From Candidatus Heimdallarchaeota archaeon (lineage in GTDB: Archaea > Asgardarchaeota > Heimdallarchaeia > Heimdallarchaeales > Heimdallarchaeaceae): a stretch of 64,000 bases of DNA. A program made the translations under genes and the position numbers. Below the pieces are notes generated by a model that had not been told where the DNA came from, searched no databases, and saw only the letters and a program-made list of their open reading frames with translations. Positions 32,641 to 42,479 of the stretch are shown here, in pieces; the stretch's first letter is position 1, and the number at the start of each line of letters is the position of its first letter. The DNA lies in contig JABCTC010000002.1 of the NCBI GenBank assembly GCA_018238545.1, positions 64,001 through 128,000 on the forward strand, written 5' to 3'.

Positions 32641-33148
32641 TTACCCCGTTCGCCCTGCGTTTAGGCAAAGCTTTCGGATCGCTTTCTATCAATATATTAT
32701 ACGCAGCATTAACATCAGCATTGATCAAGTGGCCTTGAGCAGAACGAAATAGCCCTCGGTGGATCCTTTTTCCCTTGTACATTTTTCGTTCTTTAGGGAA
32801 TTCATTGTCTAAAAAACTACTCTTGGAAGTGTATTGTTCAGGAATGGTCTCCACCATTATCCCTCGCTCAGTTCCTTTATATTTTAGCATATCAATGATT
32901 TTCAGGAAGGGGATGGTGACGAACATCTGGGTGGTTTTCTTCCAGAAATGGAGATTCTGTTTCCACAGAGAATTATAGCCTATGATCACTTCATGGAGCC
33001 CTCGTTCGAGCCACAAGTCTACCAAATACTTGGTTAATTTGTGGATAGCATCGTTTAGCTTCCTTCTCCACTTCTATTTGAGCTTATAGTAAGCTGGGCC
33101 ATACTTGAGTCTGTTCTTCTTCTGTAATTGTTTTCTCTGTTGCTGCAC
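32582..33148 (-). pseudogene. tnpB: Truncated TnpB (RNA-guided nuclease), 5'-deleted with in-frame TAG at 33074-33076
   Basis: ..YYKLK*KWRRKLNDAIHKLTKYLV..IIGYN..WKQ..FVTIPF..MLKYK..EQYTSKSSFLD..KRIHRGLFRS..INADVNAAYNI. Confidence 0.88.
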
Positions 33149-33343
33149 GCAGTACCTTTACCATCCTTCGTTGACCTAGAGTTCACTATAAAAACACCCG
33201 TACTATTACTATAATTTTACTTTATTTACAACTTAACAAGACAAAATGACAAATAAACATCATAATAACCAAATTTACAAAAAAGTAAATTAAACCAAAA
33301 ACTACAAAAACCTTCACAGAGAATTCCACATGGTTATTGATTA

Positions 33344-34114
33344 ATGAGTTCAAAAAAACAAACTGATAAGGCATCTCGTAAAGATTTAAACATAATAAAA
33401 CTCAAAAAAGGTGAAACAGTCAATATGAGTAAAGCCTTAGGGTCGAAAATTCGCCTTGCGATTTTACGTTTAACTTCAGAGGAAGAGCTAAACCTTTCTG
33501 GAATCGCTGAAAAAGTTGTTTATGAAGCTAAGGATAAAAATGGAAATATCATCCAAAAAAAAGGTAGTACTCCCCAAGCAATTTATCACCATCTACAAAT
33601 TCTAGAAAAATCAAAATTAATTCAAGTTGTGAGAGAAGAAAAAATCAAAAACATGAATAAAACGATAAAATACTATCGTGCTAGCTATGAACCAGATGGA
33701 ATCAATATCCTTCTGTGGGCACCTTTAGATGTGCTCGAACCCACTTATTTGGAATCTATGACTCCTCTCCCTGAGAAACCTGTAGAAAGAATCGTCAAGA
33801 AGATGGCTGATAAGGTTTTTGAGGATTTAACTGATGCCAAAATAGAAGTTCTTACTTCTGTTGTTAAAAGTATGATAGATAATACCCACGATTCGATGAA
33901 TTCTCTTAGAAAAGAATATGAACTCGATATAGATGATAAATTGTGGAGTTTAATACTTTTGTTTTCCAATCTCTCTGTTATGAATTCCACAAAGAAACTA
34001 ATTGAGGAAGCGAAGTACAGAGAACAACTTGATAATCTTTTTTCATTGATAACTGAAGAAAAACAGGAGTATTATACAAATATTACAATTGATGAAGATT
34101 TAATTGAAGAATGA
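33344..34114 (+). CDS. ArsR-type winged-helix transcriptional regulator
   Basis: KALGSKIRLAIL..L..EELNLSGIA...TPQAIYHHLQILEKSKLI...KYYR. Confidence 0.85.
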   Translation: MSSKKQTDKASRKDLNIIKLKKGETVNMSKALGSKIRLAILRLTSEEELNLSGIAEKVVYEAKDKNGNIIQKKGSTPQAIYHHLQILEKSKLIQVVREEKIKNMNKTIKYYRASYEPDGINILLWAPLDVLEPTYLESMTPLPEKPVERIVKKMADKVFEDLTDAKIEVLTSVVKSMIDNTHDSMNSLRKEYELDIDDKLWSLILLFSNLSVMNSTKKLIEEAKYREQLDNLFSLITEEKQEYYTNITIDEDLIEE

Positions 34115-34115
34115 T

Positions 34116-36737
34116 TTATTCTCTCTTTTTCCTTCCATTTAAAAATTGCAATGTATGGTCCAAAGTTTTTTGACTAGATGTTCTAACGTCCTTCATTTCT
34201 ACTTTTACACCTATGCGATGAACATCCCGTAAAGCTTCACGTAAATAGTGTTCTTTGTCGATTTTTGAAGTTGTAACTAACGAAGGATGTTTTGATCTTT
34301 TATACAATGAAACCTTTCCTTCTTGAATAATGAATGGAAATCGATCAAAATCTTTCCAAATTTCATTTATGTTCAAATTGTTGGTTTTTGCATAATCTTC
34401 TAGAGCTCCAATTGCGGGAGTTTTGCTTTTGTATTCATTTGGATTCCTTCGTATAGGTCCAAGAATGGTTGTTTTTTCTATTAGTTCTTTGCCCTCTAAA
34501 GTTTCAAAATATAAGCATAGCTCAATTACTTTATCTCTAGCTTTTGAGATGCTACCTTCTTCCAAAACTAGTTTCAAAGCTTCTTTTTGAACTTCAGCAG
34601 CAAATGGAGAGGTATCACTACGAATAGCTTCAAATCCTACAATAGTTAACTCTTGAGAAACTGCACTAACATAACTATACCGCTTTTTTGTTTCAGGTGC
34701 AAAAACAATTCTTAGAGCTAAGTCAACAAATTCCAATTCCATCTCTTTAGGAAGTTTGGATTTAAAATATTTCAGAAGGTTTTTTACTTCAGGCACATCG
34801 TTAATGGAAAATATTTCTCCTTTTTTTGAATTAGTATATACATCAAACACTGCTTGTTTTTCAGATAATTTGACAAAAATACTATCTGTATCACCATAAA
34901 TAACCTGACACTTGCCTTTCGTTAATTCTTGAGTCCACTTATCCAGGTTTTTGATGTAATCTTTAGAAATACTAGTTATAGCGTTAGAAATATCTGTATT
35001 AAAGAATCTGCTCCCAATATAATTATGACTTCCATACAATGAATTTGCAACGATTTTTAGAGCACTTGATTTTGTTTTCAACTTCTTAAGTTTCGTCCCT
35101 AAACTAGACCTTCCCTTGCTTTTTGTGAAAGTTCTAAGATAGGTTTCCATGTCGTAGATTTTCTTTTTGAGTTCCTTTCTTTCGTCTAGAATTTGTTTTT
35201 CCATGATTTTTAGAGCAGTATCTGGCTCAGAGAGAAATTTCTTCTTTGGTTCAGCTACTGAAGAATCATAGCTTTCACCACCAATGTTGTACGCAACCAT
35301 TATGCTTGGAAACATAGAACGAAAGTCAGCTATTAACACTGCTTCATGTAGTGTTCCCTTAGGAACAAGTACAAACCCTCCAACCGCCATTGCTCTATTG
35401 CTTTTTCTAAGAATAAGCTCCTTTTTACTTGGTTCCGAGGGTATGATTGTATCTTTTCTATGAAGTATCCTAAAGATCTGAAACTCTCCAATATGTCTAG
35501 GAGTTGAATATACAGCTTCAGAAGGTCTTAATCCTACAAGTTTCATGACTTCTAGCCATTCAGTCATCCCCATAGCATCGAAAAGTGCGTAAGTGATGGT
35601 AGCATCTTGAGAATTCATGATTTGAATTTTGCGTTTATTCATGCCTTTTTTCTGTATAACCCATTCAAACCATAGCTTGTTGATAGTTTCGTAGTCACCT
35701 TTACGTTTAATATTGAGATACTCCTTAGCTAAATCAGTGAGACCTTTTTTGCCAGATTTAGTTCTTAACCATCTAGTACTCTTAATCAAATCATAAGAAA
35801 TCCATCCGGGGATTCTGTATCCAAGATATCCAATTGGTAACTTAATCTTAGCTCTGTTTAGTTGACTCAAGGAATTTGAATCTAAACCTAAATTTTTCAT
35901 CCTTTTTAATAAGTAAGGCAATGTAATCCGGTTACCGTTAAACGTGATTAAAATATCAGGGTTTTTTGAATGAATCTCCTTGATAACATTCTCAATTAGT
36001 TGTTTCTCAGATTCATCTGTGTCTTGTTCTAGAATAAATGTTTTGTTTCTAGGTTTAGAATTGCTTCCTTCAGTTCCCCAACAAATACTCATTGAGCTTA
36101 TTCGCTGTTTACCTTCGTCCATAATACTGGAAAAATTGCGTATTTTCTTGCCTTGAGGAGTGAAAGAATTGATGATTAAATTCAAACTTAATAGTGTCAG
36201 AGGAAGTGAATTATCTTCAATTGGGGTGATATTTTCATAATTAAGTTCTAATACTTTGGAGTTGTTTTCTATCACTTTTTCCTTATAATTCTTTATTTCA
36301 ACCCAATTTAATCCTTTAATATTTGTATCAATTAGAAATCGAGCTGTATACGAGATATCGTTTTCATAGCTTTTGATGCCTTTTGTTTGAAGGATTCTAC
36401 TATATTTTAATACTCTCCAAGGATTTCTTCCCAAGACTTTCCGTAAAAATATCGGTTTGTTTTGATAATACTTATACTTGGATACGGGGTAAGAACCTTT
36501 AATCCAGGCACCAAATTCCCTCTCGGTATATAACAGACTTTGGATAACTTTTGTAGTTTCACGTAGATCATCTATGTAAAAATATGGATAAAAACCTGAA
36601 ATGTGTAAGATAAGAGGTTTATTGTTTTGATCTTTTGCTCGAATGCGAATTATTGGCTCTTCAATTCCTTTCTCTTTTTCTTCAATGAAAAAATCTAGAT
36701 CAACCACAAAGCATCTTAAAGAAGGAGCGGTGTTCAT
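34116..36737 (-). CDS. polB: Family B DNA polymerase with degenerate 3'-5' exonuclease
   Basis: Motif A DFRSMFPSIM, motif B KIVANSLYG, motif C YGDTDS, KKRY; Exo I and Exo II acidic residues replaced. Confidence 0.93.
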   Translation of the reverse strand: MNTAPSLRCFVVDLDFFIEEKEKGIEEPIIRIRAKDQNNKPLILHISGFYPYFYIDDLRETTKVIQSLLYTEREFGAWIKGSYPVSKYKYYQNKPIFLRKVLGRNPWRVLKYSRILQTKGIKSYENDISYTARFLIDTNIKGLNWVEIKNYKEKVIENNSKVLELNYENITPIEDNSLPLTLLSLNLIINSFTPQGKKIRNFSSIMDEGKQRISSMSICWGTEGSNSKPRNKTFILEQDTDESEKQLIENVIKEIHSKNPDILITFNGNRITLPYLLKRMKNLGLDSNSLSQLNRAKIKLPIGYLGYRIPGWISYDLIKSTRWLRTKSGKKGLTDLAKEYLNIKRKGDYETINKLWFEWVIQKKGMNKRKIQIMNSQDATITYALFDAMGMTEWLEVMKLVGLRPSEAVYSTPRHIGEFQIFRILHRKDTIIPSEPSKKELILRKSNRAMAVGGFVLVPKGTLHEAVLIADFRSMFPSIMVAYNIGGESYDSSVAEPKKKFLSEPDTALKIMEKQILDERKELKKKIYDMETYLRTFTKSKGRSSLGTKLKKLKTKSSALKIVANSLYGSHNYIGSRFFNTDISNAITSISKDYIKNLDKWTQELTKGKCQVIYGDTDSIFVKLSEKQAVFDVYTNSKKGEIFSINDVPEVKNLLKYFKSKLPKEMELEFVDLALRIVFAPETKKRYSYVSAVSQELTIVGFEAIRSDTSPFAAEVQKEALKLVLEEGSISKARDKVIELCLYFETLEGKELIEKTTILGPIRRNPNEYKSKTPAIGALEDYAKTNNLNINEIWKDFDRFPFIIQEGKVSLYKRSKHPSLVTTSKIDKEHYLREALRDVHRIGVKVEMKDVRTSSQKTLDHTLQFLNGRKKRE

Positions 36738-36903
36738 CCCTATCTACTCTGATTTTCTATCTGTATATACAATTTAAGGGCATCCATATTATTTAAACCC
36801 TTTTTAAACTATCGAAGGTAATAATTGGTTTCAGTATAAAAATAAGTGCACTTCATGGGTTAAATTTTTATTTAATGAATCTCACAACTATTTTGAGTTT
36901 AAC

Positions 36904-37284
36904 ATGTCCTCTCGAAAATTACCTCCTGATATTTATAAAAATCTCAAGAAATTAGAGCTATCAGCAAGTACCAAGAGTGGAATAATGGAAGAAACTATAA
37001 CTCTGGAGAAACCATCTGACGATGATGATCCAAGACCACATTACTGGTTTGTTATTATGCTATCTTTTGGGCAAAGAACAGGCTACGTATATGATAGGTC
37101 TGGCTTGCATATTCCTGAACCTGAAACCTACTTTTACAGTGTTGAACTATGGAAATTTAAAGGTTCAGTGCTGAAGGGAGTTGAAACTTTCTCCAACAAA
37201 GTAGACTTTGATAGTGCTGTGAAAACTTTCCAAGAATTACAAACTGATTTAACAAAAAATAAAGGTTTTAAAATTCTTCATTAA
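36904..37284 (+). CDS. Hypothetical protein
   Basis: 126-aa ORF with ATG start filling the gap between genes. Confidence 0.7.
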   Translation: MSSRKLPPDIYKNLKKLELSASTKSGIMEETITLEKPSDDDDPRPHYWFVIMLSFGQRTGYVYDRSGLHIPEPETYFYSVELWKFKGSVLKGVETFSNKVDFDSAVKTFQELQTDLTKNKGFKILH

Positions 37285-37294
37285 ACCTATGTTT

Positions 37295-37867
37295 TTACAT
37301 GAAAATAATGAGAATTGTTGAGATAGCAATAGTTACAACACATATTATTATCATAAAGATAAGTTGTGGTTGAAAGAAAGGCTCTTTAAGATCTACTAAA
37401 CTTATTTCTTTTTTATTGAACACTGAAATTACAAAAAATATCTCTGCAGTGAAAAATACAACAAAAACTCCCATTACTATTAGAATTTTCCAGAAATCCA
37501 AAGAGCCTGAGGAAATTGAATAAACTAGGGTAAAACCATAGATTGGAATGAAGCCAATGTAAAAATACATTATTTGGAAAGCTGTTTGTATAGATCTCTT
37601 ATTCTCTCCCTCCAGTTTTATTGTGAAACTTGCATACTTACCTGATAATGAAAGAGTAGCAAGAAGAAAAGTTGCAGCTAGTAATGTTAAAAAGAAACCT
37701 AGAGCTGAAAATCCAACATTGATAGTAGTGTCAATAAACGATTTATAAATTAGAGCCTGTCCCCCACCCAAAGATGAACCAACTAAAACAGCTCCTAAAG
37801 GATTGAGTGTTCTAGGTTTTTTTACGATAGGTTTTTTTGTTGCAAAATCCTTGTCTGTTAAGACCAA
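37295..37867 (-). CDS. Hypothetical multi-pass membrane protein
   Basis: About 5 hydrophobic segments; abuts the Nudix gene stop. Confidence 0.75.
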   Translation of the reverse strand: MVLTDKDFATKKPIVKKPRTLNPLGAVLVGSSLGGGQALIYKSFIDTTINVGFSALGFFLTLLAATFLLATLSLSGKYASFTIKLEGENKRSIQTAFQIMYFYIGFIPIYGFTLVYSISSGSLDFWKILIVMGVFVVFFTAEIFFVISVFNKKEISLVDLKEPFFQPQLIFMIIICVVTIAISTILIIFM

Positions 37868-38317
37868 TTAGAATTCCCCTTTTGGTTGTTTAGTTAATTC
37901 GTTTTCTTTGAGATATCTTTCTGCGGCTCTTATAACTTTTCTTGTATTTTCAAAAGTTAACATTTCAAGAGCTTTCTCATAAGTTGCCCATTGGAACCCT
38001 ATATGTTCTTTGGAAATTTGAACATCAGTTGTATTAGCTATACCAACAAGATAAATAACCGTTTTTTTAATCTTGTGAGAACCTCTAGCAAAATAATATG
38101 TGATTTTATGTTTAAATTCTTCTAGGATAGAGATGTCGTTTATTCCTGTTTCCTCAAAAGCTTCTCTTAAAGCGGCTTGAAACACAGTTTCTTTCCCTTC
38201 AATTCTACCTTTTGTTAATCCCCACCTGTTCTCTGTTACTCTGCTACGTCCATAATTGAGTAAGAGATAATAACCTGAATTGTACAAAACTATTCCAGCT
38301 GAGGTTTCAGTTTCCAT
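37868..38317 (-). CDS. Nudix hydrolase, Ap4A (asymmetrical) hydrolase-like
   Basis: SAGIV, W..TKGRIEGKET..QAALREAFEETG Nudix box, IS.EH....W. Confidence 0.88.
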   Translation of the reverse strand: METETSAGIVLYNSGYYLLLNYGRSRVTENRWGLTKGRIEGKETVFQAALREAFEETGINDISILEEFKHKITYYFARGSHKIKKTVIYLVGIANTTDVQISKEHIGFQWATYEKALEMLTFENTRKVIRAAERYLKENELTKQPKGEF

Positions 38318-38425
38318 AATATCATCGTTTGTGGATGTTAAGAATGCTACAAATAAATAACCTTGGGTTAATTACATTCTTCTACAACAGATATTTTTAT
38401 GTAGAATAAAAAGTTATTTACTTTA

Positions 38426-39271
38426 ATGATTCATCAAATAGCATTTATGGATATTGAGACTGGATTAGGTCGTACGGTTTACACAGATAACACAGTAAAA
38501 ATGAGTGAGGAACTTATATGGCCAATGATTTGTGCATTGAACAATTTTGTGATAGAGTGCACTGAAAGTAGACGAGGGCTGGTGAATGCTGCGCTTGAAG
38601 ATATCAAAATATATCTTTATCCGCCTTTAGGGGAAGGGAATCCATTAAGATTCGTATTTTTTGCTGATTTGTATGAAAATACAGCGTATATTGAGAAAAG
38701 GGGTCAAGCTATTTTCAATATCCTATCACCTCATATCTCGTTTGAGTATTATTCCCCCCCAGAGGAAATATTGGGAAAAGTATTAGAGATAGCGAAATTT
38801 ACCCAAACTTTTCCAGAAAAGCAAATACATGATAGTTTTTTAGAAACGGTGAAACACAAAATAAAGAATCTGGAAAAAGAAGGAAAAATATTTATTGCTG
38901 ATTTGTTTGTCGGTGATATTGATCAGGGAAAAGTTTACAGTATCTCTTCTAAAGAGAATCTTATTGAAAAAGATAGTGTACTTCTTTTCTCTGAATTATT
39001 GACAGCATTTTCTATAGATAGTGAGATTATTGTTAAATCAACTCTTTCTATCAAAGAGAAACAAAGGCTTGAAAACGAAAACATAAATGTTTTAGAACTG
39101 AAGGAAGGCTGGTATTTGAAGCAATTAAGCAAAAGTGAAAGTGATTTCTGGTTAGTAGGTTACTTCTATTACAATGATAAATTCGAACAAGAGATATTCA
39201 ACATGCTTGATTGGGTATCTCAGGTACTTGCAGAAGAGATTATGGAAGGGTTGGTTGAAAGACCATTTTAG
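38426..39271 (+). CDS. Hypothetical protein with N-terminal longin-like domain
   Basis: MIHQIAFMD.ETG...ELI..MICALNNFVIE....L....LED.KIY....LRFVFFAD pattern (beta-beta-alpha-beta-beta-beta). Confidence 0.55.
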   Translation: MIHQIAFMDIETGLGRTVYTDNTVKMSEELIWPMICALNNFVIECTESRRGLVNAALEDIKIYLYPPLGEGNPLRFVFFADLYENTAYIEKRGQAIFNILSPHISFEYYSPPEEILGKVLEIAKFTQTFPEKQIHDSFLETVKHKIKNLEKEGKIFIADLFVGDIDQGKVYSISSKENLIEKDSVLLFSELLTAFSIDSEIIVKSTLSIKEKQRLENENINVLELKEGWYLKQLSKSESDFWLVGYFYYNDKFEQEIFNMLDWVSQVLAEEIMEGLVERPF

Positions 39272-40713
39272 TTATGCTGAACTTCTTCAACAGCCTCTTC
39301 TATGCTCGAGTCATTGTCGTTGTTTTTTCTTTTATCCGTTTCAGGAAACTTCATTGTTAGGAATAACAGAAGTGGATATAAAATAATGCTAATTATAAAG
39401 GGGACTAACAGACCCATTGTATCAATCGTTTTTTCAATGATAAATCCCGCAATAATGCCAGTAGGTAACCAACCAAGCCCTTTGATACCTGTCACCATAC
39501 CATAAACCTCAGCTCTTCTCTTCTTATCAAAATCGGAAAGAATAGATAATATACTTGGTACCCAAAAAGCTATACTTGCGCCTAAACCGGCCCAACCTAC
39601 GAGAATTACGTATAGTCTATATTCAGGCAGAGTGAAGTGTGCTATAATATTTGTTGTAAAAAACAATGATCCTGCCAATTGGCTCATCATTAACATTTCT
39701 TTTCTTTTTAATTTATCAGAAATCTTAGTTAAGGGGATGAAGAAAATTATTGTACTGAGACTCATGACCAATTGCATAGTTGCTATATGACTTTCTGTAT
39801 ATGCATAAACGTATTTAACAGCCCCATTATAGATATTCAAACTAAGACCAAATACGAAAGAATCAAAAATGAAATAACCTATTGCATATTTCACACCTTT
39901 AGTCTTGAAGATGTCTCCAACAAGATGCATGTCTCTTTTTACATTTCGAAGCAATTGGCTACTCTCTGTTTTCTCTGAAAGATTCCTGAAAATAAGTAGA
40001 AAGGGCATAATGAGAAAGTGTAAGATTGAAATAAAGAACTGTACTGTAACTTGTCCCAAAGCTTTCATTGATTGGAAGAATTGTTTCCAGAAATTTGTCG
40101 TAAAATCTTCTATAACAAATGATTCTTTTAGTCTGAATAATTGATATAGAAACATGATTGTGTAACCTCCAATTAAACCATAGAAATAATAATAAAGTGG
40201 TATCTGATTTGCGAAAATCCGAATTATAATAGGTCCAACTAGACCACTAGCATAGATTGCAATGAAAATGAAAGAAAAAGAAGAAGCTTTTTTATCTTCA
40301 TCACTACTTTCCGCTGTTAAAGCCACTAAAGCGGGATCTGAAATGCCAAAACCTAAATTAACTAATAACAATCCTGATATAATCAGAAATAGCGGAAGTG
40401 CTATGGGAACCATTGAGGAAATAGCGAATAAAACCATCGCAGGAATATAAAGAAACAGCCCTGCTAAGTACACTCTTTTTCTACCTACTCTATCACTCAC
40501 TTCACTTACTAAAATCATCGGAATTAGTTGTGCAAGATTAGCTGCAGTCATTATCAACCCAAACATAAACTCTGAATCTATATAGTCAACAAGAAATGGC
40601 TGCAGAATTACATTATAGAACCCGCTACATAATCCCCAAATTAGGTTAGCAAAGAATATCGTACGAATATTCTTAAACCGAGATGGGTGTAATGCCATTG
40701 CTCGTACAGCCAT
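39268..40713 (-). CDS. Major facilitator superfamily transporter
   Basis: SDRVGRK and SDKLKRK motif A repeats, about 12 TM segments. Confidence 0.92.
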   Translation of the reverse strand: MAVRAMALHPSRFKNIRTIFFANLIWGLCSGFYNVILQPFLVDYIDSEFMFGLIMTAANLAQLIPMILVSEVSDRVGRKRVYLAGLFLYIPAMVLFAISSMVPIALPLFLIISGLLLVNLGFGISDPALVALTAESSDEDKKASSFSFIFIAIYASGLVGPIIIRIFANQIPLYYYFYGLIGGYTIMFLYQLFRLKESFVIEDFTTNFWKQFFQSMKALGQVTVQFFISILHFLIMPFLLIFRNLSEKTESSQLLRNVKRDMHLVGDIFKTKGVKYAIGYFIFDSFVFGLSLNIYNGAVKYVYAYTESHIATMQLVMSLSTIIFFIPLTKISDKLKRKEMLMMSQLAGSLFFTTNIIAHFTLPEYRLYVILVGWAGLGASIAFWVPSILSILSDFDKKRRAEVYGMVTGIKGLGWLPTGIIAGFIIEKTIDTMGLLVPFIISIILYPLLLFLTMKFPETDKRKNNDNDSSIEEAVEEVQHN

Positions 40714-40822
40714 GATTTTCTATCATTCTAAAGCAATTAAAAGGTAATTGGTTAAAGTTAACGTCGTATAAAATATATTGTCACATCCTAGCTTTTATAA
40801 ATTAATCTTAAGGGTTTAGCCT

Positions 40823-42205
40823 ATGAGCGAATATATGGATACACCTATTTCTTGGGGCTCAGAATATATCACAGAATTTATTCCTAAGAAATATGCGGAT
40901 CAAACAAAGTTTCTCAATCCTCCTGATTTCTCGAAAAAACCAATGTTTGAAGGTAGTATTGAAGAAGCTCTAGAAAACGTTTTGAATAATCCAATTGGAT
41001 ACGATATTCCTTTTGCTGAACTTCTAAAACAAAAATACGAAGTTGGAAAACCAATAGTTTTTGCTGTTGATGATCAAACTAGACCAAACATACATACAAA
41101 AATAGTTCTACCTCTTCTAATTGAAACTGTTCTTTCTTTGGGTGTGAAAAAAGAAGATATACGAGTATTAATAGCAACTGGCACTCATAGATTTCCAAAA
41201 GAAGATGAATATAACAAAATAGTTGGTGAAAAGGTTTTTGCAGAATATAAATCCCAAATCATACCTCATGATTGCAAAAATGATGTTAAAATGATAGGAG
41301 AAAGCGATGCTGGAACACCAATGGGATTCAACAAACTTGCCTTTGAAGCAGCTATCCTAATCCCCATAACCGACACTGAACTTCATTATTTTGCAGGATG
41401 TGCTGGAACCATAAAAGAAATATGTCCAGGTATTGCTAGTAGCGAAACAGTAAGAATAAATCATCCTAAAATGTTTGATGTGGATCTAGGATTTGTTCCA
41501 GAGTGCAGACTCGGTAACACTGAGGGTAATCCTGTAATCTCAGACATTAAAAATATGGTTAACATTCTAAAGAAGCAAATCACAATCTTTGGTGTAGATA
41601 CAATTGTAACTGAAGGAAAAATAGTTTACATTAATGCAGGCGATCTAGTAGCACTTCACGATGAAGCAACTAAACACATTGTTGAAATGAGAACTGTAAG
41701 ACTTCCAAAAGCTGGAGATATTGTTATCAGTGCAATGCAAAGTTGGGGTATCAATTTATATCAAGCTGGCAAAGGAATTCATGCTGCATGGAATGCTGTA
41801 AGACAAGATGGAAAGGGTATAATTATTGCTGTTGCTCCTTTATCTTATGGAATTGGAAATGCTAATTACGAAAAAGTGATGGAAGAGGCCAAAGAATTCA
41901 CTATTCAAGAAGCTTTAGAATATGTCTTAGATAATTACTGTACAGAAGACACATTCAAAATTGGTAATCAAAAACCAGTAGATACACTAAGAATCATGAA
42001 AACAATTGGTAAAGACAATCTCAAATTTGTTGCAGATTGGGAGCCAGAAACATTAACTAACACTTACAAGGTTATGGCAATCAAAAAACCAGATGAAGCT
42101 CCAGCTGAAGCAATCAAGCGACAAGTTGAAGAATATATGAATGATAATCCCGATGGTCAAATATACATTATGGATGACCCTGGACTCTATGTAATCATAG
42201 AGTAA
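40823..42205 (+). CDS. larA: LarA-family (nickel-pincer) racemase/epimerase
   Basis: DDQTRP, ATGTHR, HYFAG..G..K.I.PG, NH, NLYQAGK; substrate not determinable. Confidence 0.85.
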   Translation: MSEYMDTPISWGSEYITEFIPKKYADQTKFLNPPDFSKKPMFEGSIEEALENVLNNPIGYDIPFAELLKQKYEVGKPIVFAVDDQTRPNIHTKIVLPLLIETVLSLGVKKEDIRVLIATGTHRFPKEDEYNKIVGEKVFAEYKSQIIPHDCKNDVKMIGESDAGTPMGFNKLAFEAAILIPITDTELHYFAGCAGTIKEICPGIASSETVRINHPKMFDVDLGFVPECRLGNTEGNPVISDIKNMVNILKKQITIFGVDTIVTEGKIVYINAGDLVALHDEATKHIVEMRTVRLPKAGDIVISAMQSWGINLYQAGKGIHAAWNAVRQDGKGIIIAVAPLSYGIGNANYEKVMEEAKEFTIQEALEYVLDNYCTEDTFKIGNQKPVDTLRIMKTIGKDNLKFVADWEPETLTNTYKVMAIKKPDEAPAEAIKRQVEEYMNDNPDGQIYIMDDPGLYVIIE

Positions 42206-42217
42206 AACTCTTTTTTT

Positions 42218-42475
42218 TTAAATTTCTAAAGTGTCTTCTGGCCACATTTTTTCAACTATCTCAGAATTACATTTCATGCATAGATTCTTCTTTTGTATTA
42301 TTCCATCTCTATCAGTTGAAAAATTCTGAATTAACCCTCGATCGCATAGAATGTCCGATTTGCACTCAGGACAATAAAAATACCGACCTTGTTGTTTTGG
42401 AGACCAAAGATATTTACTACATGAAGCGCAACGATTTCGAAAATCACATTTGAGATGTTGAGCTATTATAACCAA
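42218..42475 (-). CDS. Small Cys-rich Zn-finger protein
   Basis: CASC, CPEC, LC, CMKC. Confidence 0.65.
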   Translation of the reverse strand: MVIIAQHLKCDFRNRCASCSKYLWSPKQQGRYFYCPECKSDILCDRGLIQNFSTDRDGIIQKKNLCMKCNSEIVEKMWPEDTLEI

Positions 42476-42479
42476 ATTC

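Larger units (their letters stand above)
32500..33150 (-). mobile_element. Remnant of an IS200/IS605/IS607-type element (3' part of tnpB plus downstream structured end)
   Basis: tnpB fragment, visibly more GC-rich than flanks, followed by several hairpins; no tnpA seen; boundaries approximate. Confidence 0.75.

Noticed and set aside
33074-33076. Pyrrolysine readthrough of the TAG in tnpB
   Set aside because: The gene is also 5'-truncated and there are no pyl genes in the window
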